From an uncultured Bacilli bacterium (GTDB lineage Bacteria > Bacillota_I > Bacilli_A > RF39 > UBA660), in NCBI GenBank assembly GCA_944359725.1, contig CALVSY010000007.1, forward strand, positions 130 to 64,129: DNA of 64,000 bases, given 5' to 3'. A program made the translations under genes and the position numbers. This document shows, in pieces, positions 63,637 through 64,000 of the stretch (position 1 is its first letter; every line of letters starts with the position of its first letter). The notes under the pieces were generated by a model. The model did not search any database, was not told where the DNA came from, and saw only the letters and a program-made list of their open reading frames with translations.

Positions 63637-64000
63637 ATGTTAAAAGATAAAGTTGCTGTTGTAACCGTTGGAACAAGAGGTATTGGTTTTGCAACGGTAA
63701 AGAAATTTTTAGAAAACAATGCAAAGGTGGTTCTTTTCGGTTCTAAAGAAGAAAGTGTAAAAAAAGCGGTAGAGGAATTAAAAAAGATTAATGAAGGTTA
63801 TGATGTTATCGGTTTTTATCCTAATTTGAATGATTTTAATGAGTTAGAAAAGGTATTTAACGAAATAAAAGAGCGTTATGGAAAGATTGATATTTTAGTA
63901 AATAACGCTGGTATAAGTGCAAGAGATAGCATATATGATTATAAGACAGAAGATTTTAATAAGATTATTAACTTAAATGTTAACGCGGTATTTAACTGTA
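63637..64000 (+). CDS. Short-chain dehydrogenase/reductase (FabG-like), 3' end beyond the window
   Basis: GGAGGTG at 63626-63632, ATG 63637. Product MLKDKVAVVTVGTRGIGFA...ILVNNAGI (TGxxxGIG and NNAG motifs). Open to nt 64000, so absent from the ORF track. Confidence 0.8.
   Translation, partial: MLKDKVAVVTVGTRGIGFATVKKFLENNAKVVLFGSKEESVKKAVEELKKINEGYDVIGFYPNLNDFNELEKVFNEIKERYGKIDILVNNAGISARDSIYDYKTEDFNKIINLNVNAVFNC

Overview
This is a visibly AT-rich chromosomal segment from a low-GC, spore-forming Firmicute. Gene content looks Bacilli/Erysipelotrichia-like, but the taxon cannot be fixed from the sequence alone. There are about 75 protein genes, almost all on the + strand, and most are core housekeeping. 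They fall into blocks syntenic with Bacillus subtilis: comEA-comEC; lexA <> small SOS gene-tkt-sirA-yneF; parE-parC; cse60-like/ytgP-like/trmB; ytxG/ytxH-like-cotE; rpsP-ylqC; cdsA-rseP; fmt...rlmN-prpC-prkC-rsgA-rpe; infC-rpmI-rplT-holA; uppP; htpG; a dac-type carboxypeptidase; rny; a yutH-like gene next to nfu; and a T-box-controlled aminopeptidase-aspS-gatCAB operon. Nine tRNA genes lie in three clusters (Val-Thr-Tyr-Gln-Lys-Leu; Ser-fMet; Asn). I found no rRNA, CRISPR array, transposase, integrase or prophage. I also cannot point to a clear-cut new multi-gene system such as a defence island. The notable items are smaller. (1) An unannotated 47-aa membrane ORF lies divergent from lexA with two Cheo-type boxes, a candidate YneA/SosA-type division inhibitor. 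(2) Ribosomal protein L20 carries a ~70-aa C-terminal extension ending in a Rho_N/HeH-like motif. (3) A T-box leader with an apparent AAC (Asn) specifier lies beside a tRNA-Asn gene and controls an operon that also holds an M29 aminopeptidase and a degenerate DapB-like gene. (4) A surface-protein/DUF1540 insertion occupies the usual position of rsmB. (5) The same intergenic element occurs at comEA and after fmt. (6) A CIRCE-like operator overlaps the htpG promoter. (7) There are two probable frameshift or homopolymer-dependent genes. (8) A BclA-like collagen protein contains eight 36-bp tandem repeats. All family names come from motif recognition by eye; no database search was possible.
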